Assembly (NCBI GenBank): GCA_951406725.2
Contig: OX597832.1
Coordinates: 27,962,001 to 28,026,000 of the forward strand
Length of the DNA: 64,000 nt
Reading direction: 5' to 3'
Origin: Octopus vulgaris
Lineage: Eukaryota
Position 1 is the first letter of the stretch; every line of letters starts with the position of its first letter. Positions 39,282-52,885 of the stretch are shown piece by piece. The notes below the pieces were generated by a model. The model did no database searches, was not told the DNA's origin, and worked only from the letters and a program-made list of their open reading frames with translations. Position numbers and translations under genes: made by a program.

Positions 39282-39720
39282 AGGTGCAGGAGTGGCTGTG
39301 TGGTAAGTAGCTTGCTTACCAACCTCATGGTTCCAGGTTCAGTTCCACTGTGTGGCACCTTGGGCAAGTGTCCTCAGGTGCACTACAACTCATCTAAAGT
39401 GTATATATAATCAGGTGAAGTTTCGGCGGATTTCAGGCCGACCAAAGCCTTGTGAGTGGATTTGGTAGATGGAAACTGGAAGAAGTCCATCATATATATA
39501 TATGTGTGTGTGTTTGTGTGTCTGTGTTTGTCCCCCAACATCGCTTGACAACTGGTGCTGGTGTGTTTGCATCCCCGTAACTTAGCGGTTCGGCAAAAGC
39601 GACTGATAGAATAAGGTACTAGGCTTACAAAGAATAAGTCCTGGGGGACGACTTGCTTGACTAAAGGCGGTGCTCCAGCATGGCCACAGTCAAATGACTG
39701 AAACAAGTAAAAGAGTAAAG
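39282..39720 (+). mobile_element. CORE-type SINE with a ~60-bp foreign insertion
   Basis: Head and tail match; sequence at about 39373-39432 is absent from other copies. Confidence 0.82.
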
Positions 39721-40217
39721 AGAGAGAGAAAGGCGAAGACTTTAAGACATCATTAATGACCAGTGGCACTTCTGAAGAAATGTCACTCTTATGTTTGAAG
39801 CCGTAAGTATTCCATAAGTTCTTTCTTGGAATTTTTGTGTGAACTGCTATTGGAAGCAAAGTTGGTACAGAAACGATTGTAACTGGTCGTTAAGGATGCC
39901 TTGAAGAAGTCTTTCTTTGTTTTATTACTTGGATTATATTCTTCATTTTGTTATAACCCACATAAAGAGTTTTACCGTTGTGAAAACTGGATTTTCTGTC
40001 CCTGAAGAATTTCGATATTGGTCTGGAATCTGACAGTGTGGACAGCCTGAAGTTCAGGTTGAGAGCTGCATTGGAAATACCCTATCATTCTACCCACCCA
40101 GGACATTTTATACATACATATATGTGTGTGTGTGTGTATGTTTGTCCCCCCAACATCACTTCACACCACCGATGCTGGTGTGTTTACATCCCCATAATTT
40201 AGTGATTCAGCATGGTG

Positions 40218-40497
40218 GCCAGTCAGGCGGTACTGGCAATGACCTCGCTCGAATCTTTTTACACATGCCACCGGCACAGGTGCCAGTGAAGGTGACAGAC
40301 ATTGGTAACGATCACACTCAAATGGCGCCCTTTTACGTGCCACCAGCATGGAAGCCATTTGGCTGCTCTGGCAACGATCACACTCGGATGGTGCTCTTGG
40401 CACCCTACTAGCACGGGCACAAGTGCCAGTAAGGCAATGCTGGTAACGATCACACTCGAATGGTGCCCTTTTATGTGCCACAGGCACATAAAACGTT
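40218..40497 (-). repeat. isolated array of family C ~60-bp subunits
   Basis: Four GGYAACGATCACACTCG.ATGG-type units, reverse complement of 14520-14790. Confidence 0.72.
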
Positions 40498-41127
40498 AAA
40501 TTGATGGAACTGATTTCCAATAACAGCACAAGGCCAGCATTTTTGGTTGAGTGGAATCATAATCTCTCTCATTGTCGCTCTCTTTCTCTTTCTTTCTAAC
40601 TCATTCTCTTTTCCTTTCCCCCTGGGGTATCCATGTATCTACCCTACTGCAAGACACTCACACCTGTTCCTCTATACTTTCAATCTCTCATCAACTGGCA
40701 CAAGGCTACCCACCTCAATACTGCTCCCTCACCTTTCCAAGCTGAAGGGTTTTTATTTTGCAAGGTACTTGGTGTCCCAGGTGTCACATGAAAAGCACCC
40801 CGGTACACAGAAAAGTGGTTGGCATTTGGGAGGGCATCAAGCCATAGAAACCTTGCCAAGACAGACTTGGAGCCTGGTGCACTTCCAGATCTTGCCAGTG
40901 CCTCTCAAACCAGCCAACCCATGGCAGCATGGAAAACGGGTGTGGAATGAAGATGATGTTATATTTGTGGGTGTGTGTTTCTATGGCATTCAGCTGTAGA
41001 AACTGACAATTGGGGCCTGTTGCAGATCTTATCAGCTGGCAAGCTCCTCTCGAACTGTCCAATCCATGCCAGAATGGAAAATGGACAGTAAATGATGGTG
41101 ATAATCAATTCCAGTATTTCAATGGTA

Positions 41128-41385
41128 ATCATCATCATCGTTTAGTGTCTACGTTCCATGCTAGCATGGGTTGGACGGTTCAACTGGGGTCTGGGAAGCC
41201 AGAAGGCTGCACCAGGCCCAGTCTGATCTGGCAATGTTTCTACTGCTGGATGCCCTTCCTAACGCCAACCACTCTGAGAGTGTAGTGAGTGCTTTTTACG
41301 TGCCAGACGAGGCTGGCAAATGGCCACAATCGGATGGTGCTTTTTACGTGCCACCGGCACGGAGACCAGATGAAACTGGCAATGA
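41128..41385 (-). mobile_element. family C element
   Basis: Reverse complement of the 11584-11847 core and tail. Confidence 0.8.
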
Positions 41386-42087
41386 CCATTTTATTTATTT
41401 AGTTATTCTATTTATAATTAGATTAATGACATACGACACATGTCTGCTGCCTGTTCTATGGTGTCCAACTAATTCACACCATATTCTTCACACGGGGTAC
41501 ACCAGCACTGCCAGACGTGATGAAGAGGTTTTCAAGCGGACATGAGGAAGGGGTTATCCTAAAAGAACCTTTAAAACTCCCTGACCTGTAGGATTGTTTC
41601 ACTTCATCATTTATATTTGCTCACCCTTCCTGTGTTATCATCATCATCATCATCATCATCATCATTTAACATCTGTTTTCCATGCTGGCATGGGTTGGGC
41701 AGTTTGGCAGGGGCTGGCAAGGCTAAGTGTCACACTGAGTCCCGTTGTCTGATTGGGTGTGGTTTCTTCTATACCCTTCCTAATACCAACCACTTTACAG
41801 AGTATACTGGGTACTTACGAGGTACTTTCCTCTGGCACCAGCACTGGTGCTTTCTACATGACACTATCACCAGTACCTTTTATGTGGTACCATCAAAAGG
41901 CTCTGCTGCTGGTTCCCATACTCCATTCTATGTAAATTATTTCCCTCCCACCATTTTTGTATCCAGTTTAAAATGTTTAGCAGCGACCTTTCTTCAGGCT
42001 TTGTGTTATGAAGTCAAATTCTGCTGAGGTCGACTTTGCCTACCCCAAAATTTCAGGGCCCTGTGCCTTTAGTTGAAAGGATTATTA

Positions 42088-42320
42088 TTGGCACGTAAAA
42101 AGCACCAACCGATCGTGGCCGCTGCCAGCCTTCCCTGGCACATAAAAGGCACCCACTACACTCACGGAGTGGTTGGCGTTAGGAAGGGCATCCAGCTGTA
42201 GAAACACTGCCAGATCAGACTGGAGCCTGGTGCCGCCTCCTGGCTTCCCAGACCCCCGGTTGAACCATCCAACCCATCCCAGCATGGAAAACGGATGTTA
42301 AATGATGATGATGATGATGA
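42088..42320 (+). mobile_element. family C element
   Basis: Core and (GAT)n tail; inserted at the tail of a Nin-SINE fragment. Confidence 0.8.
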
Positions 42321-42722
42321 TAAAATTGTGAAAATAGTTTGAAAATTCCTCCGTAAGAGGGTGAATGGAGACGTACGTCTGTCACTGCCATTCACATGCA
42401 TACAAGCCGTGTGTGTGTGTGTGTGTGTAGACATACGCGTAAGTTTTTGTTTACAAATGAAAGTGTCCTCAACACAGGTTTCTTTATTGTCCCAGCTAAA
42501 CTGCATCCACTCGGCGCTAATTGTCCCATGAAGAATGGAATGACCATCACAACATCTCTTAAGTCCTGTTCCTCAAATTTACTAGTTTCATTCATGAAGA
42601 TGTACAATTTTAACACCATCATGCATTCCATCCTCCCATCTCCCTCCCTATCCAGCTGGCTGTCTCTCTGTTGGATGTATGTGTGTATAAGTGTCTCTGT
42701 GCGCATGTGTGTGAGTGTGTAT

Positions 42723-42775
<53 letters not shown>

Positions 42776-43128
42776 CTAGCAGTATCGCCCGGCGTTGCTC
42801 AGGTTTGTTTCGACCCTTTAGAATTGGAATTTTTGGAAAGTAAAAAATATTGCATTATGTAGCTTGTTATTCTCTTTAAGCGAACATTTTTTGGGTTGAA
42901 ATACACTGAAAAATGGTGACACCATTTGTAAAAAATAGTGATTTTCCTAAAAAAAAAAAAAAGCACCTTTTTGATGTAAATAATTTTTGGTGTTAACATG
43001 GTCCGATTTGAATTTTTTTCTTCTACGGAAGGAAGAGCAAGCCTTTTTCTATCATACTCTCAATTTTGGTCAACTTGCACGGCAGAGTCTCGGAGGAGAC
43101 AGTGTTAGTTGAACACAGACAACTTCAG

Positions 43129-43140
<12 letters not shown>
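42776..43140 (-). mobile_element. non-autonomous Helitron-like element in (TA)n
   Basis: On minus the 3' end is GC-rich hairpin CCTGAGCAACGCCGGG then CTAG|T; the 5' end TATATAAAGCTGAAG merges with (TA)n. Confidence 0.65.
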
Positions 43141-43186
<46 letters not shown>

Positions 43187-43569
43187 ATATGTGCTTCACT
43201 CTTTCTGTATGAACCAGGAACCACAACAAACCAAATTCCCCAGTGAAAAGAAAAAGTTGAAAAAAAAAAACAAAAAAGGAAAGATCCACCCGACTCCTCC
43301 ACCCGTCCTGAGGGGTGACAGGTGCTGAGTGTTAGACAACAACAACAGAAAAACATTAAAGAAAAACAAAAAGAAAAACAGGTTTATCTCTTGCTGCACT
43401 CTCTCTTCCACCTACACCATCCCCCCCTCATCTCATCTCATTATCTGTCTAATTATCACCTCCCTCCCTCTAGTTGTTATCTATCTTTCTGTCTACCACC
43501 ACCCCCTCACGTATCTAGTTTGACCTACTAATGCCTGTCTTGCATATTTAGACACACTTTGCAAATACA

Positions 43570-43603
<34 letters not shown>

Positions 43604-43770
43604 GACAATCACACAAACATGCATATATATGTATATATACACACATACATACATACAGACACATTCACATGAGCATGCATATACATATATATATACACAC
43701 ACACACATACAGACATTCACTCAAGCATGCATACACACACACACACATACAGACATTCACACAAGCATGC

Positions 43771-43805
<35 letters not shown>

Positions 43806-43838
43806 TACATACATACAGACACATTCACATGAGCATGC

Positions 43839-43889
<51 letters not shown>

Positions 43890-43916
43890 TATAGATATAC
43901 ATTCATATGAGCATGC

Positions 43917-43947
<31 letters not shown>

Positions 43948-44608
43948 TACACACATACATTCACATGAGCATACACACACATACATACATCTAGGTCGTT
44001 CACATGTTTCTCTCTTTCTCTTCCCACCCCCTCCCAGTTATGAGGGGGGTTCCTATCATCGTGTGAATTAGGGGAATAAGGAATGAAACTAGGTGGGGGG
44101 TAGAGGGGTGGAGGTGGTTATCAGCTACATGGCTACCCCTCTTCATCGCCATCACCACCCCTTTGTACTCACCACTGCCACCACTACTACTACCACCACT
44201 ATGACAACCACCAAAACTGCCCCCATCGCTGTACCCCTTTATTTTTCTTCTTCTTCTGCAACACTAACACCCCAACTGCAGCACCACTGTTTGGATCACC
44301 ACTGCCATAACTACAACAATACCACTACCACCACCACCACCTTGTTAAAAAAGAAATGCCTACATTCCAATCATTGAGCAGTGGAGGGGGGGGGGCTTTC
44401 TCCTCCCTCCCTCTGCACCTCCAATGTCAGATGTTTTTAGCTGACTTCATCTGTCTGTCTCTCTCTGCCTCTCTCTCTCTCTTTTTCTCCAATGCTTCAT
44501 CCCCCTCTCTCAACATCTCTGTCTCTCCATCTCCCCCTCTCTCATCTTGTGTGACTAACAGTCTATTTCTCTCTTTCACACACACACCCTCACCGTCAAG
44601 CTTGATAG

Positions 44609-44652
<44 letters not shown>

Positions 44653-44811
44653 GTCTCTGTCTCTCTCTCTCTCTCACTCTCTCTCTGTCTCACTTTCTGT
44701 CTCTCTCTCTCTGTCTGTCTTTCTCTCTCTGTTTCACTCTCTGTCTGTCTGTCTCTCTCTCTCTCCCTCTCTCTGTCTCACTCTCTGTTTCTCTCTCTCT
44801 CTCTCTATGTC

Positions 44812-44855
<44 letters not shown>

Positions 44856-45162
44856 CTATATTTGTCTTATTTGCCTGCCTCTTTACTTCTTTTCTTCTTG
44901 AGAGTATGTGGGTGTGTCTGTATACAAACACTCACACATACACACACACACACTGTGGAAGCCACTTATTATGATCACTTAAGGACAGTGTCTCTGAGAT
45001 AACAATAGATAAGTCATAATCAGCTGATTACATTAAACAGAAGATCTACCAATTCAGTGATAACTGTGTGGGTGTTTGGAGCTCATTAGTCTCTCAATAA
45101 CAATAAATGGTTGATGGTATTTAACCATGATGATAAGCTGGTGCTTACACACACACACACAC

Positions 45163-45556
45163 TGTGGCTGTGTGGTAAGTAGCTTGCTTACCAACCACAT
45201 GGCTCCAGGTTCAGTCCCACTGCGTGGCACCTTGGGCAAGTGTCTTCTACTATAGCCTAGGGCCGACCAAAGCCTTGTGAGTAGATTTGGTAGACGGAAA
45301 CTGAAAAGAAGCCCGTCGTATATATGTATGTATGTGTGTGTGTGTTTGTGTGTCTGTGTTTGTCCCCCCAACATCACTTGACAACCGATGCTGATGTGTT
45401 TATGTCCTCCGTAATTTAGCGGTTCGGCAAAAGAGACCGATAGAATAAGTACTAGGCTTACAAAGAATAAGTCCTGGGGGGGTCGATTTGCTCGACTAAA
45501 GGCGGTGCTCCAGCATGGCCGCAGTCAATTGACTGAAGCCAGTAAAAGAGAGTAAA
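45163..45556 (+). mobile_element. CORE-type SINE, near full length
   Basis: Reverse complement of 28268-28704. Confidence 0.87.
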
Positions 45557-45703
45557 GCGTACACACACACACACACACACACATAAAACTATATATACAC
45601 ATATATAAAATACATGTATGTACTATCTTCCTCCTTCCTCAATACCATCACCAACATACATAGTCAGCTCATTCTAACTGTGTGTGTGTGTATGTTTATC
45701 TTC

Positions 45704-45738
<35 letters not shown>

Positions 45739-46147
45739 GATAAAACCACACACACACACACACACACACATGTGTAGATAGACAGACAGGCACAGCCATC
45801 CTTTCTCTCAGCCCTCTGAAATTCTCCACATGCGGCTCTGCCTCCCTCTCTCCCTCCCTCCCTCCCTCCCTGTCACCTCTCATTTGTTGGCCTGAATAGT
45901 TGGCATGCCTGGGTAGTACTGCCCTCCTCTCCTCCTCTCCTCTCTCTCTCTCTGTTGCTCTCTCTGTCTTTCTCTTCCCCACTGCTGACGCCATCTACAA
46001 ACACTTGATACATGCATATTTAAAAAGAAGAAAGAAAAAAGAAAACCATCGTCATTCTCATTCTGTAAAATATAGAACTAAAAGTTCCAGAGCATCTTGG
46101 CACTCTACCTTTTGCGAACACACACGTGTGTGTGTGTGTGTGTGTGT

Positions 46148-46198
<51 letters not shown>

Positions 46199-46221
46199 TG
46201 TGTGTGTGTGTGTCTGTGTGT

Positions 46222-46301
<80 letters not shown>

Positions 46302-46479
46302 ATGGGTAAGCATTTTAGCGTGAACCGAGTGAGACAGAAAACAGTTATCTGTGTTAAATAGCGAAAATAGTGTTACAGTTAACTTCGAAGCGGATTTCTG
46401 AAATTTCACACACACACACACACACACAATCTCTCTCGCTCTCAGCTGTGTGTGTGTGATTTGCTTCCTCGTGCCTTGT

Positions 46480-46670
46480 CGGTACCAGTGCCGCCTGACT
46501 GGCTCCCATGCCGGTGGCACGTAAAAAAACCATCCACTACATTCTCGGAGTGGTTGGCATTAGGAATGGCACCCAGCTGTAGAAACTTAGCCAGATCAGA
46601 TTGTAGCCTGGTACACAGCCTCCTGGCTTGTCAGTCCCCATTCAAACCGTCCAACCCATGCCAGCATGGA
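46480..46670 (+). mobile_element. family C element lacking its tail
   Basis: Core present; abuts the LINE 3' end. Confidence 0.75.
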
Positions 46671-46911
46671 AGTTAGTTGGTTAATTTTTTGGCTCAAAAA
46701 GCAAAAAGCAAGGCCATGTAGGGGGACATGGAGTTATGTACAAGGAGGGTGGTCATGTAAAGAGTTCAGGCCACATGTGGTCAAGGGAGACTTTGAATCG
46801 AGCGGTCGTCGGCATCTTCACTATCTCGTCCGGCAGCTTATTCCACGGAACCGCAACCCAGACGGAGAAAGCCCCTCTCCTTCGATTGAGATGAAATCGT
46901 GGCAGATAGAA
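46671..46911 (-). mobile_element. 3' end of a CR1/L2-clade LINE (5'-truncated)
   Basis: 46753-46911 minus translates FYLPRFHLNRRRGAFSVWVAVPWNKLPDEIVKMPTTARFKVSLDHMWPELFT*, the R..FFS.RV...WN.LP..V......FK..LD C-terminal motif; short 3' UTR and AACT-like tail. Confidence 0.85.
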
Positions 46912-47326
46912 CATGTGTCGTTATAAAAATAGATGTATAAAAATAGATATATATCTATACGCCCCCCCCCCCTATACTCCCAACACTTCCATCAATATAC
47001 ACACACACCTATATATATCTATATATATATATGACAATAGATATCCAGCCATTCAACCAAATTACAATAGTCACTAAAATACCCCCACTAGGCTATATAA
47101 ACCACCCCACTTTCACCCACAATTAAGACTTCAGAAAGAGTCAATGTCGTAAAAACTAGGGGACAGTGGAATACAAAACCACACAGGACCTCTTTCTCTC
47201 TGGAAATAAAACTTAACATCAAACAAAAAGGAACTAATAAAATGATGAATAAATAAATCATAAGAAAACAAATAAACAAAAATACACATCACTTCAAAAA
47301 ACAACATTGCATACATGTTAGTAGGA

Positions 47327-47358
<32 letters not shown>

Positions 47359-47673
47359 CATATCTGTTTCTTTACTACCCACAAGGGGCTAAACACAGGG
47401 GGGACAAACAAGGACAGACAAATGGATTAAGTCGATTACATCGACCCCAGTGCGTAACTGGTACTTAATTTATCGACTAAGTTACAGTTTGCGTCCCTGT
47501 AACTTAGTGGTTCAGCAAGAGAGACCGATAGAATAAGTACTAGGCTTACAAAGAATAAGTCCTGGGGTCGATATGCTTGACTAAAGGCGGTGCTCCAGCA
47601 TGGCCACAGTCAAATGACTGAAGCAAGTAAAGAGTATATATATAAAAGGACCCCCACTTCTTGAGCTGGCAAT

Positions 47674-48020
47674 ATCCTGAATGGAGTGCCACAGGGATCT
47701 GTACTCTGTACTCTCATCAACTCTTTTCAACCCTTAATACTGCTGGATCTTCCCACACTCAGACAATCTCATCTGCAGATGATATGATGCCAACTACCCT
47801 GCTGCTATTCCTTAAATTCTGTTGTACAGGCACTCTAACCTGGCATATATCTGTAATCCAGAAACTGGGCCTCCACAACAGCAGAGAGAGCATCAAATCT
47901 GACCCAACCCTTACCCCCCCACATTCAAAGAAAACACAATATTTTGGGGTTTAACACAACACCTCCTCAGCATCCACAACACACATTGAAGACAGTAAAC
48001 AAAGTTAAAGGATGCACCAA
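47674..48020 (+). pseudogene. decayed non-LTR reverse transcriptase fragment
   Basis: NGVPQGSVL (47680-47706) followed, after frameshift, by ISSADD (YADD remnant) and later ILG. Confidence 0.65.
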
Positions 48021-48030
48021 GCATGTTTGG

Positions 48031-48569
48031 CCCTTTAGCATTCAGATAACTCTTTTAGATGTAAGGCTTATTTATTCACATTGAAAAAAATCAATTTGTG
48101 TATTATCTTGTAGGTTCATAATTTTGAAAATGTGGTCATCATCATCATCATCATCGTTTAACGTCCGCTTTCCATGCTAGCATGGGTTGGACGGTTCAAC
48201 TGGGGTCTGTGAAGCTGGAAGGCTTCGTCAGGCCCAATCAGATCTGGCAGTGTTTCTATGGCTGGATGCCCTTCCTAACGCCAACCACTCCGTGAGTGTA
48301 GTGGGTGCTTTTTATGTGCCACCTGCACAGGTGCCAGACAGAGCTGGCAAACGGCCACGAACAGATGGTGCTTTTATGTGTCACCGGCACGGGATCCAGG
48401 CGAGGCTGGCAACGGACACGAACGGATGGTGCTTTTACGTGCCACCGACACGGGGCCAGACAGAGCTGGCAAACGGCATAAATAGTTGTGGGAAGCCAGA
48501 TCTAACTGGTTTGACCACAAAACTGGTTGAGTATTCGGGCCAGATGTGGTCGGTTTAAATGCTAAAGAA
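48031..48569 (+). mobile_element. piggyBac-type MITE copy split by a family C insertion (48136-48477, minus)
   Basis: Left TIR CCCTTTAGCATT, right TTTAAATGCTAAAG followed by aaTTAA; halves align with 4074-4294. Confidence 0.75.
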
Positions 48570-50945
48570 TTAAAGCAGTCATAGATTACATGTTTGGCCT
48601 AACTGAAAGAAACTCTAGTAATGAGGTACAACTTTTACATGGGAATCCATCAAGGACTATACCAGTCCTAACTGGGGTTTCACTATCATCGTCATTTCAT
48701 GTCCATGTTCCATGCTGGATGGTGTGACAGAACCTGATGGGTTCAAGGACTGCATTGTACTCCAGTGTCTGCTTTGCTATAGTTTTTATGACTGGACACT
48801 CTTCCTAATACCAAGAATATGAATTCTAAGGAAGGGGTCATCTTTAGATTTGGGGATGAGGGGGTTAAAGTATGAGAGAAGGATTAGGGAATGGCAGATT
48901 CATGTAGAGGAACTGCATGAGTCACATTTAGTAGGGGGAAGGGGGTCAATGGTCAGTAGGAGCCATGAAGGGATAAATAATGGTGATGAAGTGTCCGGAT
49001 GGCCCCTGAAGGTACAAAGGGAGTAGATGTGGGTGGGTGGGATTTTTGAGATTGTATGGGGAGTAGGAGATGAGGTATTAGAGAGGCGAGCTGGGCAGGT
49101 GGAAACTGTAAGGATTAAGTAGGTGGTTTTTGTTTCTATGGTAAACCACATTAAATTATAAAGTACACAGAACTGTGTGCTACATGTTGTATCAGATTGT
49201 ATTGGTCCTCACCCACACAACAAAGGAAAAAGACCAAATGCACAAAGGCCATCAGGACACACAAAATACACAGTTCATTGCCACAACAAGCTTGAACAAT
49301 AATGGTCCCTGTTACTGCATGAAAAAAACCACCCTTCAAAAACACCCAGACACACCTCCATCCACCCCTCAAGAACATCTCACACTCAACCCTACAAACA
49401 TAGGAAAGAGAGATGAACACAACTGCAACATTAATATTCCCTTCCTCTTTGACCCCCTAATATTGTTTAAGTGCAGGGAAACAACAGTTGTCACATTGTG
49501 ACCATGTCCAAATTGTCTGTCCCCACTTGTGGCCACCACAAGAATTTACAAACTGGACAGTGGACAGACATATCCAGACAGTTATACTGCATCCCATACC
49601 ATTCATTACTGTATGGCAGAGAATGTAGTATAGTGCTCAGTTGGGTGATGACAGAGGTGTGGGGCACAGCTTGTCGTTGGATCTATTATCAGGCATGCCA
49701 TAGGATTGGTAGAACACCAGATAAAATGTTTTCTGTTGTTTTAGGTATTTCGGTTTGCTTTCCTGAGTTCAAATCCCACTGGCTTCATCTCTGGGTTTTG
49801 TCTTTCTGGGGTTGAATGAATTGAGGAGCTGACAAGTGACTGGGTGTGATTGGTCATCTTGTATCAGTTGTTAGGAGCTGTAGAAAATGTAGATTAATTG
49901 TCTATCATCACCACCACCACCACAACCCTAACAATAAGAAGGTTATAGCAAGAATGTCAATAGTAGCCAAAACTCCCTCAAAACACACTCTGTCTTTATA
50001 GAAAAGAAAGGACACGTTCAACCATGTAGTCCTTGATATACAAAGAATATATATTTCCTCAAGAAAGGATGTGTCTGATGATAGATCTTTTGGCTGGATC
50101 AGCTCTGGCCTAGGATTAAACAAAAAATCAAATAAGGAACCCCATGTGGTCATTTGACGTGCTAGAAATAACATGTAACTATCCTTCATGTCACACAGTA
50201 ACATGTGGAAAACAAGACATGTTCTGTAATGCAGTCCAAGATACACTATCTCTAAAGAGAAGACAGGTTGGTCATGGTTGGAAACATCTTTGGTATGTTG
50301 GTTGAGGACTGACTTGGATATAAATAACTTTATTATGGATTTTTTATATTGGCCACAATGAGCCAACACATTGAGGACAATAGCGAAGGACAAAATGCAA
50401 AACAAAGTGTGGGGTTTGTTTGCATCAAAAAAGAGCTCCACAACAACATTATGAAGGGTGTGTCAGTGTTTTTGTTATTTTGTAGAGAAAAGGACACAAT
50501 GACAAAACCACACCCTTGCTTGAAAGTAAAAATAGAAAAAAAAGACAACACTGGATCAGGCAAATTGCTTCTAAGCTAGCTGGGCCCAGCTGGAGCACAT
50601 TTCCAATTCTATTACCACAAAAGAAACATAAATAGTTCCAACTAAAGATAGCATAAACCCATGACTAAGAAATAAGGGTGGGTTCAACCCCATTGTATGT
50701 AATGTGGTGTTAGTTAAACAGCTTTAAATTCACAAAAATAATATATGACTGAGGAGGCTTCACCCTGGCAGAAAAAAAGAAATCACAATCTGTGATCAAT
50801 CCTAAATCATGAAGTCTTTAGAAATAATGTTGTTGTTGTTGTTGTTATGAATGGATTTTGTGATCTTTTATCTCTTCGCCTTTCTTTGCTGTTGCTACCT
50901 GTCAGGTAAAGTTGATTAGTTTTTTCTGATACAAACCTGCTTTAA

Positions 50946-51140
50946 CTTTCTAGCATTTAAACAGGCCATTTCCTGTCACTGGACCCAGATCTGGCCCCTA
51001 AAAAACAACCCTGTGATGTCATTCTGAAAATTAACATTTACAACATCAAAATCTCAAAGCTCTGAGATAATGTATGATTAAACCAAAACAACATGGGTTA
51101 ATAAGCATTGCATCTGACAGAATAATCTGAATGCTAAAGG
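50946..51140 (-). mobile_element. piggyBac-type MITE, inverted decayed copy
   Basis: TTAA then ctttcTAGCATTTAAAC ... GAATAATCTGAATGCTAAAGG. Confidence 0.68.
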
Positions 51141-51329
51141 CATGGGACCATCCTGGGTCCCTTTTTGTCAGGAGAAGAGGGAGTACCCATTCCGCTTCAC
51201 AGGGATTCTGAGAATGCTAGGAGGGAGAGAGGTAGTAGCTTCAGTTATCACATCACTAGTATGGCTTACTAACATGAGCCCTGATTTCACAAAATGTTTT
51301 AGGTCCCTATGTAATCATAAGCAGCCCTG

Positions 51330-51560
51330 GACATCCTCCTGGCTCTTCCATCCTTTAACCCATTGGAACAGCAAAAATGTGGCCACAGGATGGAGAGCGA
51401 GGGAGCTGTACCAGCATTCAACTGGTACCCGTTTTACAACCAAATGGACTGGTGCAAGGCATTGTGAAATGAAGCATCTTGCTTGAGGACACAATGTGCT
51501 GCCTGGTTCAGGAATTGAACCCACAAACTTAGAATTCTGAGCTGAACTCTCTAACTATTA
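51330..51560 (-). mobile_element. decayed SINE of the 61152-61392 family
   Basis: Shares TGTGAAATGAAG..TTGCT..AG.ACACAA..CAGGAAT.GAA.CCAC. Confidence 0.6.
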
Positions 51561-52360
51561 GTTCCAAGTACAAATTCCATCCAAGGTTGACATTGCTTGT
51601 CATCCTTTTGGGGTCAATAAATTAAGTATGAGTGACACACTGGTGTTGATGTAATCAACTCATCACCTCCCCCGAAATGGCTGCCCTTGTGGCTAATTTT
51701 GAAACCATTATTATTATTATTAAAGTGGCAGGCTGGCAGAATCATTCTCACAGTGAATTGCTCTTTACATTGAAATTCCACCAAGTTCAAATTAACTTTT
51801 CATCCTTCCTGGTTTGATGTAATCAGCTGACCCTTCCACTCTCTTCAAAATCGCTGGCTGAATCAGCAGAGTGACAGGAAAAATGCTTTGGCATTTCTTC
51901 CAGCTGTTTATGTGCCGAGTTCACATCTTGCCCACAAGGTTGATTCTACCTTTCGTCCTTCCCGGGTTGATATGATGGGTGAAGTATCAGTGAAATACTG
52001 GACTTAATGTTATCGACTAACCCCCTTCCCACCACCACCACCACCAGAATTGCTGGCCTTGTGTCAAAATGTAAAACCATTGTTCTTCCTCCTACTATTA
52101 TCCTGTAATCAGTTCAGGCTTTGTTCTCTTTTAGTATCACTTTGGCATGTGATTCATTGGTGAGAAGGAAGTAGTTTGTATTACACGTTTAGCTCAAAAC
52201 AATCAGGTAGCTTCTCTGTCTGTGTGTCTCAACCATTCTTTGCCTCTGGAACCCATTCTCTTCCTATTTTTCTCTGCTGGACCACCTCCATAACCATTTG
52301 AGGGATGTAAAAAGATATCTTACTCTTATCTTCATAACTGAATATCGGTTAGGAAATGTA

Positions 52361-52885
52361 GAGGGTGGGCCAAAAGTCACGCACAAAATAAGGTCAATAA
52401 ACTCAGGAATTGTCAAAGACCTGCTTCAGGTTTTTTTTTAAATTGAATAAAATAAATAAAATAACGATGAATACACATGTACTGGTACATGAGGGACAAA
52501 ATTAATAAATAAATTATAATGATGATAATGATAATAATAATGATAATGATAATGATGAAAATGATAATCCTTTCTACTGGAAGCACAAGGCTTCAGATTT
52601 GGGAGAAGGGATTAAGACAATTACATCGGCCCCAGTGTGTAACTGGTACTAATTTTATTGACCCCAAAAGGATGAAAGGCAAAGTCGACCTCAGCGGAAT
52701 TTGAACAGAATGTAGTGGCAGACGAAATACTGCTAAGCATTTCGCCCGGTTTGCTAACGATTCTGCCAGTTTGCCGCTTTGAGGATGATGATGATGATAA
52801 TAATAACAAAAATAATAATAATGATGATGATGATAATCTAAGTAAAATGTCAAATGTTTTGGTGCATGACTTTTGGCCCACCCTG
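52361..52885. mobile_element. Tc1/mariner-type MITE containing a Nin-SINE (52563-52780, minus)
   Basis: TA target duplication; TIRs GAGGGTGGGCCAAAAGTCACGCAC / GTGCATGACTTTTGGCCCACCCTG. Confidence 0.82.

Noticed and set aside
39730-40080. Unique-looking stretch with partial open frames
   Set aside because: No domain recognised, frames interrupted, splice signals weak
42496-42676. Plus-strand open segment after TTTCTTTATTGTCCCAG, phase-compatible with the 30161 exon
   Set aside because: No good downstream donor and no recognisable protein similarity
23678-50912. Partial matches to conserved miRNAs (miR-216-like near 23678, miR-750-like near 48496, miR-8-like near 50899)
   Set aside because: Matches are only 11-14 nt, lack a supporting precursor hairpin, and one lies inside a piggyBac MITE
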